Positions 13,681-27,735 are shown, numbered from the stretch's first letter. The stretch: 64,000 bases of DNA from Nemertoderma westbladi (GCA_032718475.1 JAUCBJ010006760.1:1-64000); one strand, 5' to 3'. Numbers and translations are program-made. Notes: a model not told the origin generated them from the sequence alone.

Positions 13681-14449
13681 AAATGTTGCCACATGCTTAT
13701 GGCTGGCTGGAGCTGGAATAAACATGTAGTTCCACACTTCCACTCAATTTAAAGCAAAATGATGTTGAACACAATCTTTTACACATTTTTGCATTATTAT
13801 TTTAAACCCGTCTCGCCGTCTGCCCGTAGCTGAGCCGAGTTGAATATCTACTGTATGTTTGTATTTTTTAGCGTTTATCGCTCTATCCAGCTTACACAGT
13901 ATCTGTTGCCTTTGCCCTTCTACTGTACTTAAATGTGTATTTTATCCACCTGTAAGTCTAATTTTATATATCTAATTATAACTTCTAATTAGGTATTTGT
14001 ACCTAGGTGGTGTTCCCCCTGTATATATTTTATTGTTTAAAATTAAACTGATAGTGTCTTAAATAAAATAAAATAGATCAGAGTGCTCTGGTGCTGGAGT
14101 GATGATAGGCAAGTCCCGCAAGTCCTGAAGTCTACAAGTGCTGAAGTGGACCTAGCTCTGTAGCTGCCTAGGCAAGTGCAAGTGCTGAAGTGACAGAGCT
14201 GCAAAGGTACTGACAGACTGAGGTCGAGGTACCGTAGGACGCAGGATTGTCTGATAGCAGGACAGTACAGTATTACTGCATACCTGCATACTGTATTACA
14301 TATCTGTATCTCAGTACTCAGTAGCCTATACTGTATAGTGTAGGATCCGCTACGCTACAACCTATCTCTGTACAGAGAGTAGGTACCGGTACAGGAGTAC
14401 AGACTGCAGACTGACGACTGACGTGACAGATTTCTTAAAATACTGAAAT

Positions 14450-15556
14450 ATGGCAGATATTTTAAGACGTATAGAAGACATTGAGGCCGAGATGGCGCGA
14501 ACTCAAAAGAACAAAAATACGGCCCACCATCTGGGACTTCTGAAAGCGAAACTCGCGAAACTTAGACGCGAACTAATGACACCAAAGACCAGCGGCGGCG
14601 GTCCCGGGGAAGGCTTCGACGTCGCCAAAACGGGAGATTCTCGTATCGGGTTCATTGGGTTCCCTTCTGTAGGTAAATCAACGTTACTAACCAACCTAGC
14701 TGGTGTCTACAGCGAGGTGGCCGCGTACGAGTTCACCACACTGACCACAGTGCCCGGAGTGGTCAGATACAAAGGCGCGAAAATACAACTGCTCGATCTT
14801 CCGGGAATTATAGAGGGAGCTAAAGATGGCAAAGGTCGGGGTAGACAGGTAATAGCGGTGGGTAGGACTTGTAATCTGTTGCTGATCGTATTGGATGTGT
14901 TGAAACCTCTGGAACACAAACGAATCATAGAACGGGAAATCGAGGGTTTTGGGATACGCCTGAATAAAAAACCGCCGAACATCGTATTCAAGAAAAAAGA
15001 TAAAGGAGGTATTAATCTTAGTTGCACTGTGCAGCAGTCTGAGTTAGATCTTGAAATCGTGAAGGACATTCTTTCCGAGTATAAGATCCATAACGCGGAC
15101 GTTTCTTTGCGTCTAGACGCCACCGCTGATGATCTTATAGACGTTGTCGAAGGCAACCGTGTGTATATGCCGTGCATATACGTTCTCAACAAGATCGACC
15201 AGATCTCCATACAGGAGTTGGATATAATCTCCCGCATCCCGCATTGCGTGCCCATATCGGCGCACCATAAGTGGAACTTTGACGATCTTCTCGAGAGGGT
15301 CTGGGAGTACCTCGACCTCGCCAGAGTCTACACGAAGCCCAAAGGGCAGCTCCCGGACTACATGGCTCCCGTCGTGCTCAAACAGTCCGCGCGTAGTGTC
15401 GAAGACTTCTGTAACAAACTGCATCGCTCCATAATGAAGGAGTTTAAGGTGGCCATCGTGTGGGGTTCCTCGGTTAAACACCAGCCGCAGCGGGTTGGTA
15501 AGGACCACGTACTGTGTGACGAGGATGTAGTACAGGTCATTAAGAAGATTAGTTAA
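14450..15556 (+). CDS. DRG1: Developmentally regulated GTP-binding protein 1 (OBG-family GTPase with TGS domain), intronless
   Basis: 368 aa. N-terminal [28 protein letters not shown]1 GFPSVGKS, G2 YEFTTL, G3 DLPG, G4 NKID, C-terminal TGS region [17 protein letters not shown]. The GGPGEGFDV and [11 protein letters not shown] segments fit DRG1 rather than DRG2. Confidence 0.97.
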   Translation: MADILRRIEDIEAEMARTQKNKNTAHHLGLLKAKLAKLRRELMTPKTSGGGPGEGFDVAKTGDSRIGFIGFPSVGKSTLLTNLAGVYSEVAAYEFTTLTTVPGVVRYKGAKIQLLDLPGIIEGAKDGKGRGRQVIAVGRTCNLLLIVLDVLKPLEHKRIIEREIEGFGIRLNKKPPNIVFKKKDKGGINLSCTVQQSELDLEIVKDILSEYKIHNADVSLRLDATADDLIDVVEGNRVYMPCIYVLNKIDQISIQELDIISRIPHCVPISAHHKWNFDDLLERVWEYLDLARVYTKPKGQLPDYMAPVVLKQSARSVEDFCNKLHRSIMKEFKVAIVWGSSVKHQPQRVGKDHVLCDEDVVQVIKKIS

Positions 15557-16339
15557 TTCGGATAGACGCATCACGAGGGATTTGGTCCATTTACCGTAGA
15601 TATTACACAATAACATTGTAAAGGTTCTTCTAATTAATATTTATGTACTAAGTTACCTTTAAAGTTAAAAATATAATAACTTTGTCGGGTTAAACATTCA
15701 TTATTTTTATATAAGGGGCCTATTTTAAACATTGAGGCCATTGTATGTTGTTACGACAGTCGCATCCGTGGATTGGTTGATTTAATTAATTATAGGCCTT
15801 CGGGTAAACCTCGCCAACTTAATGATTTTTGTTGCTGCGGATTGCGGTTTAAATAAATCTGACAATTAAAACAATTGCACATTGGTGAAAATCTTTTTAT
15901 TTGCCATTGTAATGGATATTCGATTCGATTCGATTCGGTTCGATTATTTAGAGCAGCCATCAGTCGTTCCTGTACTCCTCTACGGGAGTCCATGCTGGGC
16001 TCTAACTGCTGAGGATACCAAATCTCTGGTTGGTACATTCACATGAATGCTTTGCCGGATTCACTGTGTCAAGTACAATGAACACATCTCCAACCAGACT
16101 CTATACAACATACAACGCTTTGACATGGCCATTGAAAAAGGTTATCTTGATGTAGTTGATGAAACATGATGTAGTTTATCTCCTGTACAGTGTAGAGTAG
16201 ATAAACTAATTAAGCTCCTACTCATTTTACAAATTTTTGTCATTAATCTGTATTTCCTGGCACCCATCTCTAATATTTTTCGTCCTGAAATTTGCAAAAG
16301 TTGTTATGTCTCACTAAAATAAATATATTTGCGGTAGAT

Positions 16340-16830
16340 TGAAGTTTCATTGGGATGCTGATCACGATTATAGAAAATAACAAATTTATGTTAATTTTGA
16401 GTATGCCTCTTCGGGCACGCAAAAAAACATGCTGTGCAAATATGATAATGAAAAATCACCACCAAATCAACATGATTTTATAACCTTACATTGGTTTTTT
16501 TTGGGATGCTGATCACGAATATGACGCTGAAATATATTGTACGTACGTGGCATTTTTGAATATGTGGCACGAAAAATAAAAGTATCACAAATTTGATAAT
16601 ACAAATCATTACCAAATCAACCTTATTTTAGGACATTATGGGTTTTCTGTGTAGCTGAATTCGTATATGACACTCAAAAAGTTCGGTTATGAATGATTGT
16701 GGTATTTTTGAATATGTGCCAATGAGGGACAAAAAATACAAGTAGGACGAATTGATAAATAAATGTTATTGGTAAACTACAATTAGGGATTTTTATTAAG
16801 TTCTATCGAGACCAGCGACATCAAAAACCC
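16340..16830. repeat. Degenerate ~150-bp subrepeats, probably from a non-autonomous DNA transposon
   Basis: TTGGGATGCTGATCACGA(T/A)TAT at ~16350 and ~16501, a weaker copy at ~16650, and repeated ACCAAATCAAC and TTTTGAATATGTG blocks. Confidence 0.55.
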
Positions 16831-16899
16831 GTGTAGCTTTAGAATTATCCAACTAATTCGATAGGCAGTTTGAAATTTTATGCTGTAGAAAGATTTTAA

Positions 16900-17097
16900 C
16901 GAGTTGGATCGAACTGGTGATCGTCATGTTTGAAGTCTGGCGATGTAACCAAACCGATGGCGACTTAGACAAAAGGTGTAGTAGTAGGTGAGTGCGTGTC
17001 TTCATTGTTAGACCGCCTTATTCCAAACTGGAGGTCACCAATTCTGCTCTTCGTCATTGTCGATGTTGTTAAACTGCGTGTCCAACGAAAGTTATAA
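16900..17097. repeat. Degenerate divergent pair of tRNA-derived units, homologous to 22874-23197
   Basis: GGATCGAACTGGTGA (minus-strand B box) at 16906-16920. On the plus strand, TTCCAAACTGGAGGTCACCA...CGTCATTGTCGA...AAAGTTATAA at ~17021-17097. Confidence 0.6.
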
Positions 17098-18322
17098 TCA
17101 TCAAAACCAGCGATAATAATTATAGAAATACAGTACTTTGTCACATTTCTCTATGGGAGTAATAATATTTATCCTGCCAAAATTTTTGGATAAGTATAAG
17201 GGTACAATATCAAACATAGTGGTCGTTGTGGTTCATGGTTAATAATCACTTACCTTTCATTGTTGCGAGTGGATAAGTTCGATCCAACCTGGTAGTCAAG
17301 TCTGACTTTAATACCCAACTACAGTATATTGGGTTGGGATACTTTCTGCTAATCATTAAGATAAAACTTAGGGAAGCAATATACTGTAGTCAATATGTAT
17401 TGCAAAATTAAAAGTACACGGAATGTTGTTAGGAGTGCTTAAAAACAATTTACTGATTGAATTTCATCAATCAACAATACTCAATAAATAATATGATAAC
17501 AAAACTGTTACCGTTACAAGGATATAATCATAATTAAATATTAAAATGTAGTCACGTTTACTTGGGGTTTATCTTAATGCAAATGCAATGTCTATTCAAT
17601 AGTCGGCAGGTTGTTCCGCAGCCATAGAGCTATATGATTATAAAACACCGCAAGCCACTTGGTGAAATTTCAATTTTGAATTTCGCGCCTTTTCTGCTAA
17701 TAGTAAAAAACCGCAAGTCAAAAGACACATATTTCAATAAAACCGTATGTGCGTTATTTTATTATCTACGCAATGACAAAACACCGCAAGTCTTGTGATT
17801 TACGGTTTTTTTGCATAAATTTAAGTAGTTGCGGTCTTTTGTATTGCACTTATGGTCTTTTACCATTGGAACATAGGCCCTATACATACAGTATGTTGTG
17901 ACTTGCGGCCTTTCTACATTGCATATCTCGAGAACTAGAGTAGATGCGGTGTTCTCGATTACCATTAGATAGGCGCATTTTTTAGAGGATAGTTCTTTTT
18001 ACAGAACACAGCAGGACCCAGAAAAAGTGAATTTTTGAAAAATGTTTTTTACATTGCACGGCAGTGTAGGAGGTATAATACAGTAAGGTCAGAGTAACCG
18101 ATTGCTTAACAAATGAAAGGGACTATTAATAGATTTGGGGGGTTTGTCCAGGGACTACTCACATCAGAGAGAGGGTGGCTAACATTTTGGTGTATAACAG
18201 GTTAAGGTGTTATTAGAGATTATCATTAGTGTTATTAGTGATTATTATTAGAGATTAGTCAGATGTTTAGTAGTGATTATTGTCAATATTGCGGTGTATA
18301 TAATATTGTGTTTCTGATTAAG

Positions 18323-21300
18323 TTATTATTATTATTATTATTATTAATATTCATAACAACATGCGCACAAAGCGCTATAGTTGAAAATTGCCCGGTTCAG
18401 ATTGTGCACAGAATACTTAACATAATAATGAACATACAGTAGGTTATAATGTATGCATAGGTACCGAAAAAAGAAACCGTGAAAACCCAATCAATTTAAA
18501 TTTATAACTAATATTATTATACAATACCAGACTTTTATAATAACACATAATATCTACTAGGCTTACATTAATAATTATGGAATTAATAAATGAAAACTGC
18601 GGTAGTAGCTCTAATTGATATAATACTTTCAAGGTAGGAATTCAGACCGACGTTTAAATGCCTTAAAAACATATATGCTTAATTGCTTTGTTTTGTTCTG
18701 AGATGGTAAAGCTAATAACTCAAATAATTTACCAATTGTAGGTAATCTTGTGTATTTAGCGGGAAGAAATTTCTCCCGCAGGGATTTATAAAGCGGACAC
18801 TTCAACACGAAATGGTATTCGTCCTCAACCTCCCCCAGATCGCAAAGTTGGCACAATCCCTCGCCACGCGGAATATTGTGCCAACGACCGAGCTCGACCT
18901 GCAGACGGTGAGACGAGCATCTCAACTTTGTTAATGTCCGACGCAGGGTTGGGTAACCACTCATATAGTTTAGATACTGCTCCATACCAAAATAGTGTTT
19001 AACATACCACAAACTACATGAGGTACTAGCTAAATTAGTCCACCATGTTTGAATGAAATTATCTTTTACTATTTGCGATAGCTGACTTATAAGTATTTTA
19101 GAATCGGGAACGAATTGATTATCCCATATGTAGTTTAGTCCTGCGCCATACAACAAATCACGTACATTCGAGACCCAGTTAGTTCTCCCATGTTTTTCCG
19201 AGTCTTCCAACAGTAAAAGGTAAGCCTGTTTCACTAAACGGGAGTCTGGCAACCCTAAAATTTTCACCCAATATTTAATAATACGGGTACGCCTAGATAT
19301 AAACAAGGGAAATACTCCTGATTCACCATACACTAAACAATCAGTTAATCCCTAACATATACTTCAAAAATTTAAGCTGTACAGGTTCGCAGTGGTGCGC
19401 AGAGTTAATCCCCATACCTCACTACCATACTCGAGAACAGGCCTTACGAGTGTGTTGAATTTTGAATATATGCAGTTTAAGGTCGAACGAAATATTTGGG
19501 AACTTGTGTAAGTACTTTAACGTTGCAAAGTATGCCTTCATACCCTTTTCCGCTAATATAGACTGCGCATAATTAAAGCTACCCCCAGTGCTAAAAGCTA
19601 TACCTAAGTATGTATATGACCCAACGACCTCCAACACATTCCCCTGTAACATCCACTCCTCATGCCCGGCTAGCACTCCACCTTTACGGAATACAATAAT
19701 CTTGGATTTTTTTATGTTAACATTTAAGCCCCAATACCTAGAGTAATCGCCAAGAACGCCAAGCGCCATCTGGAGGCCATTTACAGAATTGCTAATAAGT
19801 ACTACGTCGTCAGCGTACAATAAAAGGAAGAGTTTTAACACACCAACATCAATACCTTCAACTCCCCTGCCAGCTAACTCCGATTCAAGATCATTTATGA
19901 ACAGTGCGAACAGTAGAAGAGAGAGGCACTCACCTTGCCGCACTCCAACCAGAGATTCAAACTCTGTAGAAAATGCACCCAGTACTCTAACCCTAGATTT
20001 AGCCGCAGCATTAACATACTTTGGATAATTTTTAGTACTTTACCCGAAAATCCCAGCGCTATTAGCTTACACCATAGCGCAGACCTATTTATAGAGTCGA
20101 ACGCCTTTTGAAAATCAAAAAACGCACAATATAGTTTTTTATGCGAGCCGTTGTTAAGTTTATGGTTAATTATTGCATTAAGAATAAATAATTGATCTAT
20201 TGTACTGTACCCATGTCTAAACCCAGCCTGCGCCTCAATAATTACACCAAAACAGTCTGCCCACCACTGTAACCTATTATTAAGTATAGTTGTGAAACTT
20301 TTGCCTAGGACATTTAGTAAAGAGATCCCCCTAAAGTTGTCGGGGTCATCGGTACCGCCCTTACCCTTATATAATGCTATAATGTTTGCCAGTCCCCACT
20401 GTTCCGGATAATAACTAGACGACAACACTGCATTAAATATTGCAGTTAATACAGTTACGAGATGTTTAGAACCAACTATAAAAACTTCCGGACCACAGTT
20501 GTCAGGGCCCGGGGATTTGCCACGTTTAAGCTTGCCAATGACGTCAAGTACTTCGTTCTCGGTAATGGCGTCACTCAGCATATTATCAAAAATAACTTTA
20601 CTCTCAGAAAACTCTAATGTAGGTTTAGCCTGAGTGCCCGCATCTACAAAGACGAAGTCATTCCCAGCATTAAGCTTACGAAAGTGTTCAGACAGCACAT
20701 TCAAATTGCAGCCCTTATAGTCTGCAGAATTTCCCGAAGCCGCCTTCAGTAATTTCCAAAATTTCTTCGAGTCGGCCTCACGATATTCGGCTAACTTATT
20801 GGATGCCTGTCGGTTGTAAATAAACTTAGCGCTCCGGAGGGATTTTGCATATGTACCTCTTGCTCGTGCAAGATGACTATACGTAACATCGCCAGGGTCA
20901 GTTTTAAAACGGTTTAGAGCCTGTCTGAAAATTATTTTTGATTGGCGACATAACTCATTGAACCAGGGGTGATGAGATTGCGGTAAATTTGCATCAGTAC
21001 CGTCAGGGGGCGTCTTTACATCTGTGCTTTTACTACAAACGTCATTTACAATGTCCGTAAATTTATTTACTAAACTATTAACCTTTGATTGTGAGTATTT
21101 GCCGTCGATAGCAGCATCCAGAAGGGAGTCTAGTTCAGACACAACTTTGGGTGATTCCAAAACGTGACAGAACTTACTTTCGGAACGAGTATTCCAAACT
21201 TTCTTAAGTATTGTAGATGTATTTGGATTATTACCATTGCCGTCATTAATAGTATTATCCATACCTAAGCCAGCAACCACATTTGGCGTTACAAGTAAAT

Positions 21301-22110
21301 TTCCTAAAGAACTGGTAGAGACGGTCTTGTTAGCAAAACCAATCGTTAAAATACTGTTTTTAGAATACTCGTTGGGGCAGTCAATGGAGAAATAATTAAT
21401 ATAACGCGCTAACCCAACTTTAGCCAGTAAGTAATCTATGGAAGAGTGCCCAGTCTGTCCGGAGTGCAGGTGAGTATGAAATGTAAATTCCCCAATTCCC
21501 TCGCCATTCCCTAATCTGCCATTCATAATTCTAATTCCACTACATTTACACAGTTGCAATAATCTACGCCCATACGCATTACATACTTTGTCCCTGTTAA
21601 CCCTGAATCGAGGTAAATGTCCCCAATCTTCAGAGGAGTCATATACATAGTCTAGTGGTAGTAAATTACTAATCGGGTCGAATTCAGAATCCTCGTCTAC
21701 ATAGTCCAGTCTATTACCAGTTCTACTATTCAGGTCACCTAAAACAACAAAATCCATGTCATCATAGAAACTAATACTTGCCTCCACTACATCGAACATG
21801 GATATACTGTCACCCCCGTGAGAGGTGGAACCCAACGGTGGAATATAAATCGCACAAATTACAAGATCCCTGTCAAAACCGAAACAGTCCTTGTTTAAAC
21901 GGAGCCAAATCGTGTCTTCCTGTAAAAAATCATTGCACTGAGTAATATTATTAGCATAAATTTCTTTATAATAGATTACAATACCACCGCTATACCGCTT
22001 TGCAGCGCGATGTTTAAACTTCCTAGAGTTAATTATCGTTTTATAACTCACACACCCGACGAAAGTTAGAAAGTTAGTTAACGAAAGACTAGTTACCTTT
22101 ACTGGAGGAG
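18323..22110 (-). mobile_element. 5'-truncated non-LTR retrotransposon, RTE-X (RTEX)-like: APE endonuclease, RT, C-terminal CCHC finger, (TAA)n tail
   Basis: ORF 19895-22156: APE motifs (SGGIVIYYK, AIYIPP, GDLNSRTG, SSIDYLL) and RT motifs (KSPGPD, FRGISLL, QAGFR, FFDFQKAFD). ORF 19422-19943: RQGECLS, LLYADD, YTYLG. ORF 18629-19333: LRCSSHRLQVELGRW..CQLC..VEDEYHFVLKCP. (TTA)8 at 18323-18346 marks the 3' end. Clade assigned from remembered motifs; 5' boundary approximate. Confidence 0.9.
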
Positions 22111-22156
22111 TTCCTATATACACCGGGATTATACAATAGGTCTGGGGAAGGAACAT
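18629..22156 (-). pseudogene. Frameshifted LINE ORF2 (three pieces)
   Basis: Colinear APE-RT-zinc finger domains split over three ORFs, with breaks near 20010 and 19340-19470. Confidence 0.85.
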
Positions 22157-22873
22157 GTTGCCGTTGCCCTAGGGACGCTTCGTCCATAAAAGTTGAAGCT
22201 TCTAATGCTGAATAGTCCTTTATTGAAAATAACTAATTTTACGTAGGCTTTCAATAGGTGTCCAGACAACTTGATAAAATTGCAATAAAAGAGACATTTT
22301 AAACTCTAAGCGAGTGAATTATGGACGATATCTATAGTAATAAACTGGTAGATTATGAACTATTTTATTTATTTTCACTGAAAGCTAAAAATAGTGCAGC
22401 GGTAAAATCTGTACAGCGGTATATAAATATAGTATATGGTATAGCCAATAAAAAACATCGTCTGGTGACCAAGACTAAGACTTTCACATTTTAATAATTA
22501 ATTGTTACATATTACAAGTTGTAGTTTTATTGGGATACTCAACACGTTTTGTTTAGTAATCCTATAAAGTACACTATTATAATTTTATGAAGTAAATAGA
22601 TAATGATAAATAATTATCCTAAGGCAAGCAGCAGCAGTTCTATTTGTGGCTGAAGAGAAAAATGAATATCTTTCGACACCATTTATTGTAATTAAACTGA
22701 TAAATAAACGGCAAATAATGCCTATAAATTCAATTAAGAGATAATGAATAGGAGAGAGGATTTAACAACTATATTTTACATACTTGTGTGAAAAGTAACA
22801 CTTTTCAGCGTTATGACTCGAGTGTATTAAATTACCGGACGAGCGCAGCGAGGGTTGTATTATAAATAAACAC

Positions 22874-22982
22874 TATAACTTTGGTTGGGCACAGCTTTGC
22901 AAAGTCGGCAATAATGTCCAGGTGGGATCGAACTGGTGACCTCCGGGTTGGCAGTCTGACGCACTAATCATTCAGCCAGCGA
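22874..22982 (-). ncRNA. tRNA-Gly(GCC)-like / SINE-head unit, probably not a functional tRNA
   Basis: Reverse complement: TGGCTGAATGATTAG (A box), TCAGA-CTGCCAA-CCCGG (anticodon loop), AGTTCGATCC (B box), followed by a non-tRNA tail. No good acceptor stem seen. Confidence 0.6.
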
Positions 22983-23079
22983 TTCGGGTAAAAGGTAGAC
23001 CTGGAAATACTACTTGATACCTTGTATGTCCACAATTTACCTCCTCATGGCCTCCCATCTGTCAATACCATCATCTGCT

Positions 23080-23197
23080 GCCACTGAGCTGAATGGTTAG
23101 AGCGTCAGGCTTCCAACCCGGAGGTCACCAGTTCGATCCCACCTGGACGTCATTTGTCATTGCCGACTTTGCAAAGCTGTGCCAAACAAAAGTTATA
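23080..23197 (+). ncRNA. tRNA-Gly(TCC)-like / SINE-head unit, probably not a functional tRNA
   Basis: GAGCTGAATGGTTAGAGCG (A box), TCAGG-CTTCCAA-CCCGG, AGTTCGATCC (B box), and the same tail ATTGCCGACTTTGCAAAGCTGTGCC as the inverted copy. Confidence 0.6.
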
Positions 23198-23786
23198 ATA
23201 ATAATATGAAATAACTCATTCACCCATAACACCAATAATAAGTTATATAAATAAACATGTTGAATAGTGTTATTTTCACACAATGATGTACAGATTGTGT
23301 ACATAATTTTGTTACATTATGTCAATTTATCGGCTTGCCGACTATTTAATTTTCACTTCATTATCTGTAATATTTATGAATATATTGATGAAAATAATAT
23401 AAATTTATGCAATTAATTACAACTAATACAAGAAAGTGTCGTTGCGATGCAAAGTGGTGCAGTGACCGCTTGTCAGAGTGCTGATAAGTTGACATAATGA
23501 ATGTTACTCGATTATATTTTTCGTTTCAACACAGAATATAAACAAAAAGAAACTATTCGAAATCGCTACCATATGAATAGTTAGGTCTTTAAAACAAAAT
23601 GTGCGATGTAAGTTTTACATAAAATAAAACAAAATACGATTAAATGATTTCCAAAAAGAACTGTTTCGTTAAGGAGAGCTTTTGTTATACTTTCACCGAA
23701 GTTAAAAGACAACCAATAACACAGAGTAGTAATAACGTTGTGTTCTAGAATAGTTTCATTATTTCATTAACATTAAATAGTTATAA

Positions 23787-23921
23787 TATTACATGGGAAA
23801 AATCGAATAAATTTTTCTTCACTGTTCTCGAGGCATTTTATTTACCGAGCGTCAACGAGGTTAATAAAGGGTCGAGAGAATATTGATAAATATAATGTTC
23901 TACGTTTTTTTCCTAATGTAA
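23787..23921. mobile_element. Short MITE-like inverted-repeat element
   Basis: ATTACATGGGAAAAA ... TTTTTTCCTAATGTAAT ends. The central GAGCGTCAACGAGG resembles GAGCGCAGCGAGG at ~22841 and ~27362. Confidence 0.45.
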
Positions 23922-24824
23922 TAAATAATTATATTCTTAAATTGGTACTTTTTTGTTTATAAAAGATAGAGCGATATATTGTGTTACAAAATAAATTGAA
24001 CCGTAGTATTTAACTATTTTGGTTCCATAGTTACGGCGATTCCAATTATTGTACTCTTCAACTCCCGATACTCCCTTACTCAATGTTAAATAATTTTGTG
24101 TTCTCGAATATTTATTACGTAACTAGAGAGCCGCTTAACAACATAAACCAATATTGGGTATTGAGTTCCGTTTTGGAGTTCGCCTTGCAGACACTAAAGT
24201 TGCAATAACTTTTGTGTGAATGAATTTTGCTCAAATTACTTTCAAACCTTTTCTACGCCGATGCTCTTTCAACATAAGTAAGAAAGCTTAAGAAATTGAA
24301 GCAAAAATAATTTATTTTACTTTTTTTCGCCGTGAAAAAAGTGCCTTCAGCTTCAATGCAATCCTATGGGTTACTTTTTTCCCTAGGGAAAAAAAGTACT
24401 CCGTTTTCTCCCGATTTTGAGGTATATTCGAGCGAAAAAGTAACAATTTAGGAATAAACGTTTTTACTCAATGTACTTTGAACTTATTTGTGACAGTTTT
24501 TTCCGATGATAAAACCATTGGAGAAAATGTAATAAAAACGTCACCAAATTGGCCAAGTAAAAATTGTCCGAGAGCTAGTTTGAAAATAATTAACTAATAA
24601 ATAATTCTAAAGAATTAAATCAGTATTACAATCTCGACAGAGACGGACATTGTCCGTTTGCGTGAGATGACACCAAAATTCAACCATGAAACGGTTTATA
24701 CAACAAAGGGTGAACATTTTTTGTGACTTGAGAAAATCAGAATTCATTCATAATTGTTGTTAACCATGACATACTGTTTGCCAGTGAATTCTTCCAACTT
24801 TAATAGGGTTGGTGCGCGAAAAAA

Positions 24825-25343
24825 TTGTGGCTTATATCAATTGAAAGGGGAGAATCTTGAGCGTCTTTAACACTAAAATTAAATAAATTCATGATGAGGA
24901 ACATTGATAAAATACTGTTTGCAACTTTGTAAACTTGATACATTGCCTGACCCCGTAAGCTATGCAACTCAACCACTCAGCCATATCCATCTTTTGCATT
25001 GCAGTATTGGAGTAGGCCTATTGCTGTATTGTTGCTTAAGTTCATTACAACATTAAGTTGAGTAAATCCACTGCTGTACCCCACTCTTAGACGAACTCAG
25101 TACTATGGCCTTACCGCTTACGGGATATACAAAAGCCGACTCAATAGGCCTACTCTAATACTGCAATGCAATATGGATGGGGTTGAGTGGTTGAGTTGCA
25201 TAGCATACGGGGCCAGGCAATCTGTTCAGTTTATAAAAAATTGCAAACAGTATTTTATAAATGTTCATGATCGTGAATTTAAGTGATTGTAATGCTAAAT
25301 GACGCGCAAGACTCTCCGCTTTCAATTGATAATTATAAGCCAC
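24825..25343. mobile_element. MITE-like element with ~200-bp imperfect inverted arms
   Basis: 24825-25023 (TGTGGCTTATATCAATTGAAAG...GCATTGCAGTATTGGAGTAGGCCTATTG) is the imperfect reverse complement of 25142-25343 (CAATAGGCCTACTCTAATACTGCAATGC...CTTTCAATTGATAATTATAAGCCAC). Confidence 0.8.
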
Positions 25344-26382
25344 GTGTGAAATTATTGATATTGAATGTGTATTTAAATGAATCACCCTCCATAGAAACCA
25401 ATATAAGAATTTATCTGAGCACTGCGTAGTGACGTCAAATACTGTAGCAGCCAATCACAGCCGATTCTCAAAATTGGCTTCCCAGGTTTACTTAAACCCG
25501 CCATTTCGACCGTTTCTTGTTTGTGTTTCTTGTTCCTTACAAAAAACACACCCCGCCACTCGATTCAGCACCTTGTTTTCCCTCATTCGATTGTTTTAGC
25601 CCAACAATTTTTTCGCGCATCAACCCTATTAGTATAGAAGTCCTAACAGAATGAAATATCACCAAAAGCAGTCGACTAACACCTCCAGAAAGAAAATTGC
25701 AGTAATCGAATTCACTCAGATATGTAAATCGCGTTACAAATAAAAAGTAAGAGGTTAAAAAAAAGCTACACAAAAGCGACTCACCAAAATAAGCCAACAT
25801 GTTATTTAAGTTACATTTAGAAGATTAAACAATTAAATTAACTAAATTGGCTATATTTTATTTCTTTCCGTATGTAACTGTTCTGAAACAATCCCATCAC
25901 CTACATAATGCCGACATGAGGCTAATTAGTTTATAACAGAACACATGTCGCTTGTAATACCATGGTTGTACAGTTATGATTGGTGATAACGAGCTGTGAC
26001 GTAACGAGCGGTAACGTAGCAACGTCTCAATGTTTGCTAATAAACATGACATCCAACCCAAACTTATAAAACTCAGTTAAACTAATCGTAAAGGAATATA
26101 ATAATTGTTCGCGGCATATTTAACGGTCGGGTTAAACAAATGCGATGTAAAGCGGAGTGGTTAACGACAAAGAAAGGCCGAACCGCAAACAGGATGCGTT
26201 AATCTTGCGACAGGGGGTGTGTGTGGGGTGGGGGGCGGGTATTACATTAACCACCCGCCCATCTACGGGGTCGAAAAAGGGATCCCCGAACGCAGCCATC
26301 ATACTCAACGCCAAAAACGGAACAAGGGGGAATAAACCGCAGCTCAGTGATAAATAAATCACCAGCGGGATATTTAATGAGC

Positions 26383-26388
26383 TTTATT
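26383..26388 (-). terminator. Candidate polyadenylation signal of SMG1
   Basis: AATAAA on the minus strand about 40 nt downstream of the SMG1 TGA stop. Confidence 0.5.
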
Positions 26389-26426
26389 TAATTTCCCGTG
26401 TTTGCGGGAATTCCAGAAGCGTTGTC

Positions 26427-27735
<1,309 letters not shown>

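Larger units (their letters stand above)
22777..23290. mobile_element. TIR-bounded non-autonomous element containing two divergent tRNA-like units
   Basis: TACATACTTGTGTGAAAAGTAACAC (22777) is an imperfect inverted repeat of GTGTTATTTTCACACAATGATGTA (23267-23290). Internal inverted arms at 22874-22982 and 23080-23197. Confidence 0.65.

Noticed and set aside
2419-13743. Dozens of long repetitive ORFs (MSQPLNA, CDIALSG, LCHSHST, YVTATQR)
   Set aside because: They are a by-product of a 21/27-bp monomer with stop-free frames. The +5 variant switches frames at random, and there is no unique N- or C-terminal domain.
2480-13745. Possible TIRs flanking the satellite (TGTGGAA left, TTCCACA right)
   Set aside because: Only about 7 bp of complementarity and no TSD, so not supportable.
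14503-15616. Antisense ORFs over DRG1
   Set aside because: Shadow frames of a GC-balanced coding sequence, with no recognisable motifs.
22874-23197. Functional tRNA-Gly genes
   Set aside because: Poor acceptor and anticodon stem pairing, a shared non-tRNA tail and a repeat context point to tRNA-derived repeats.
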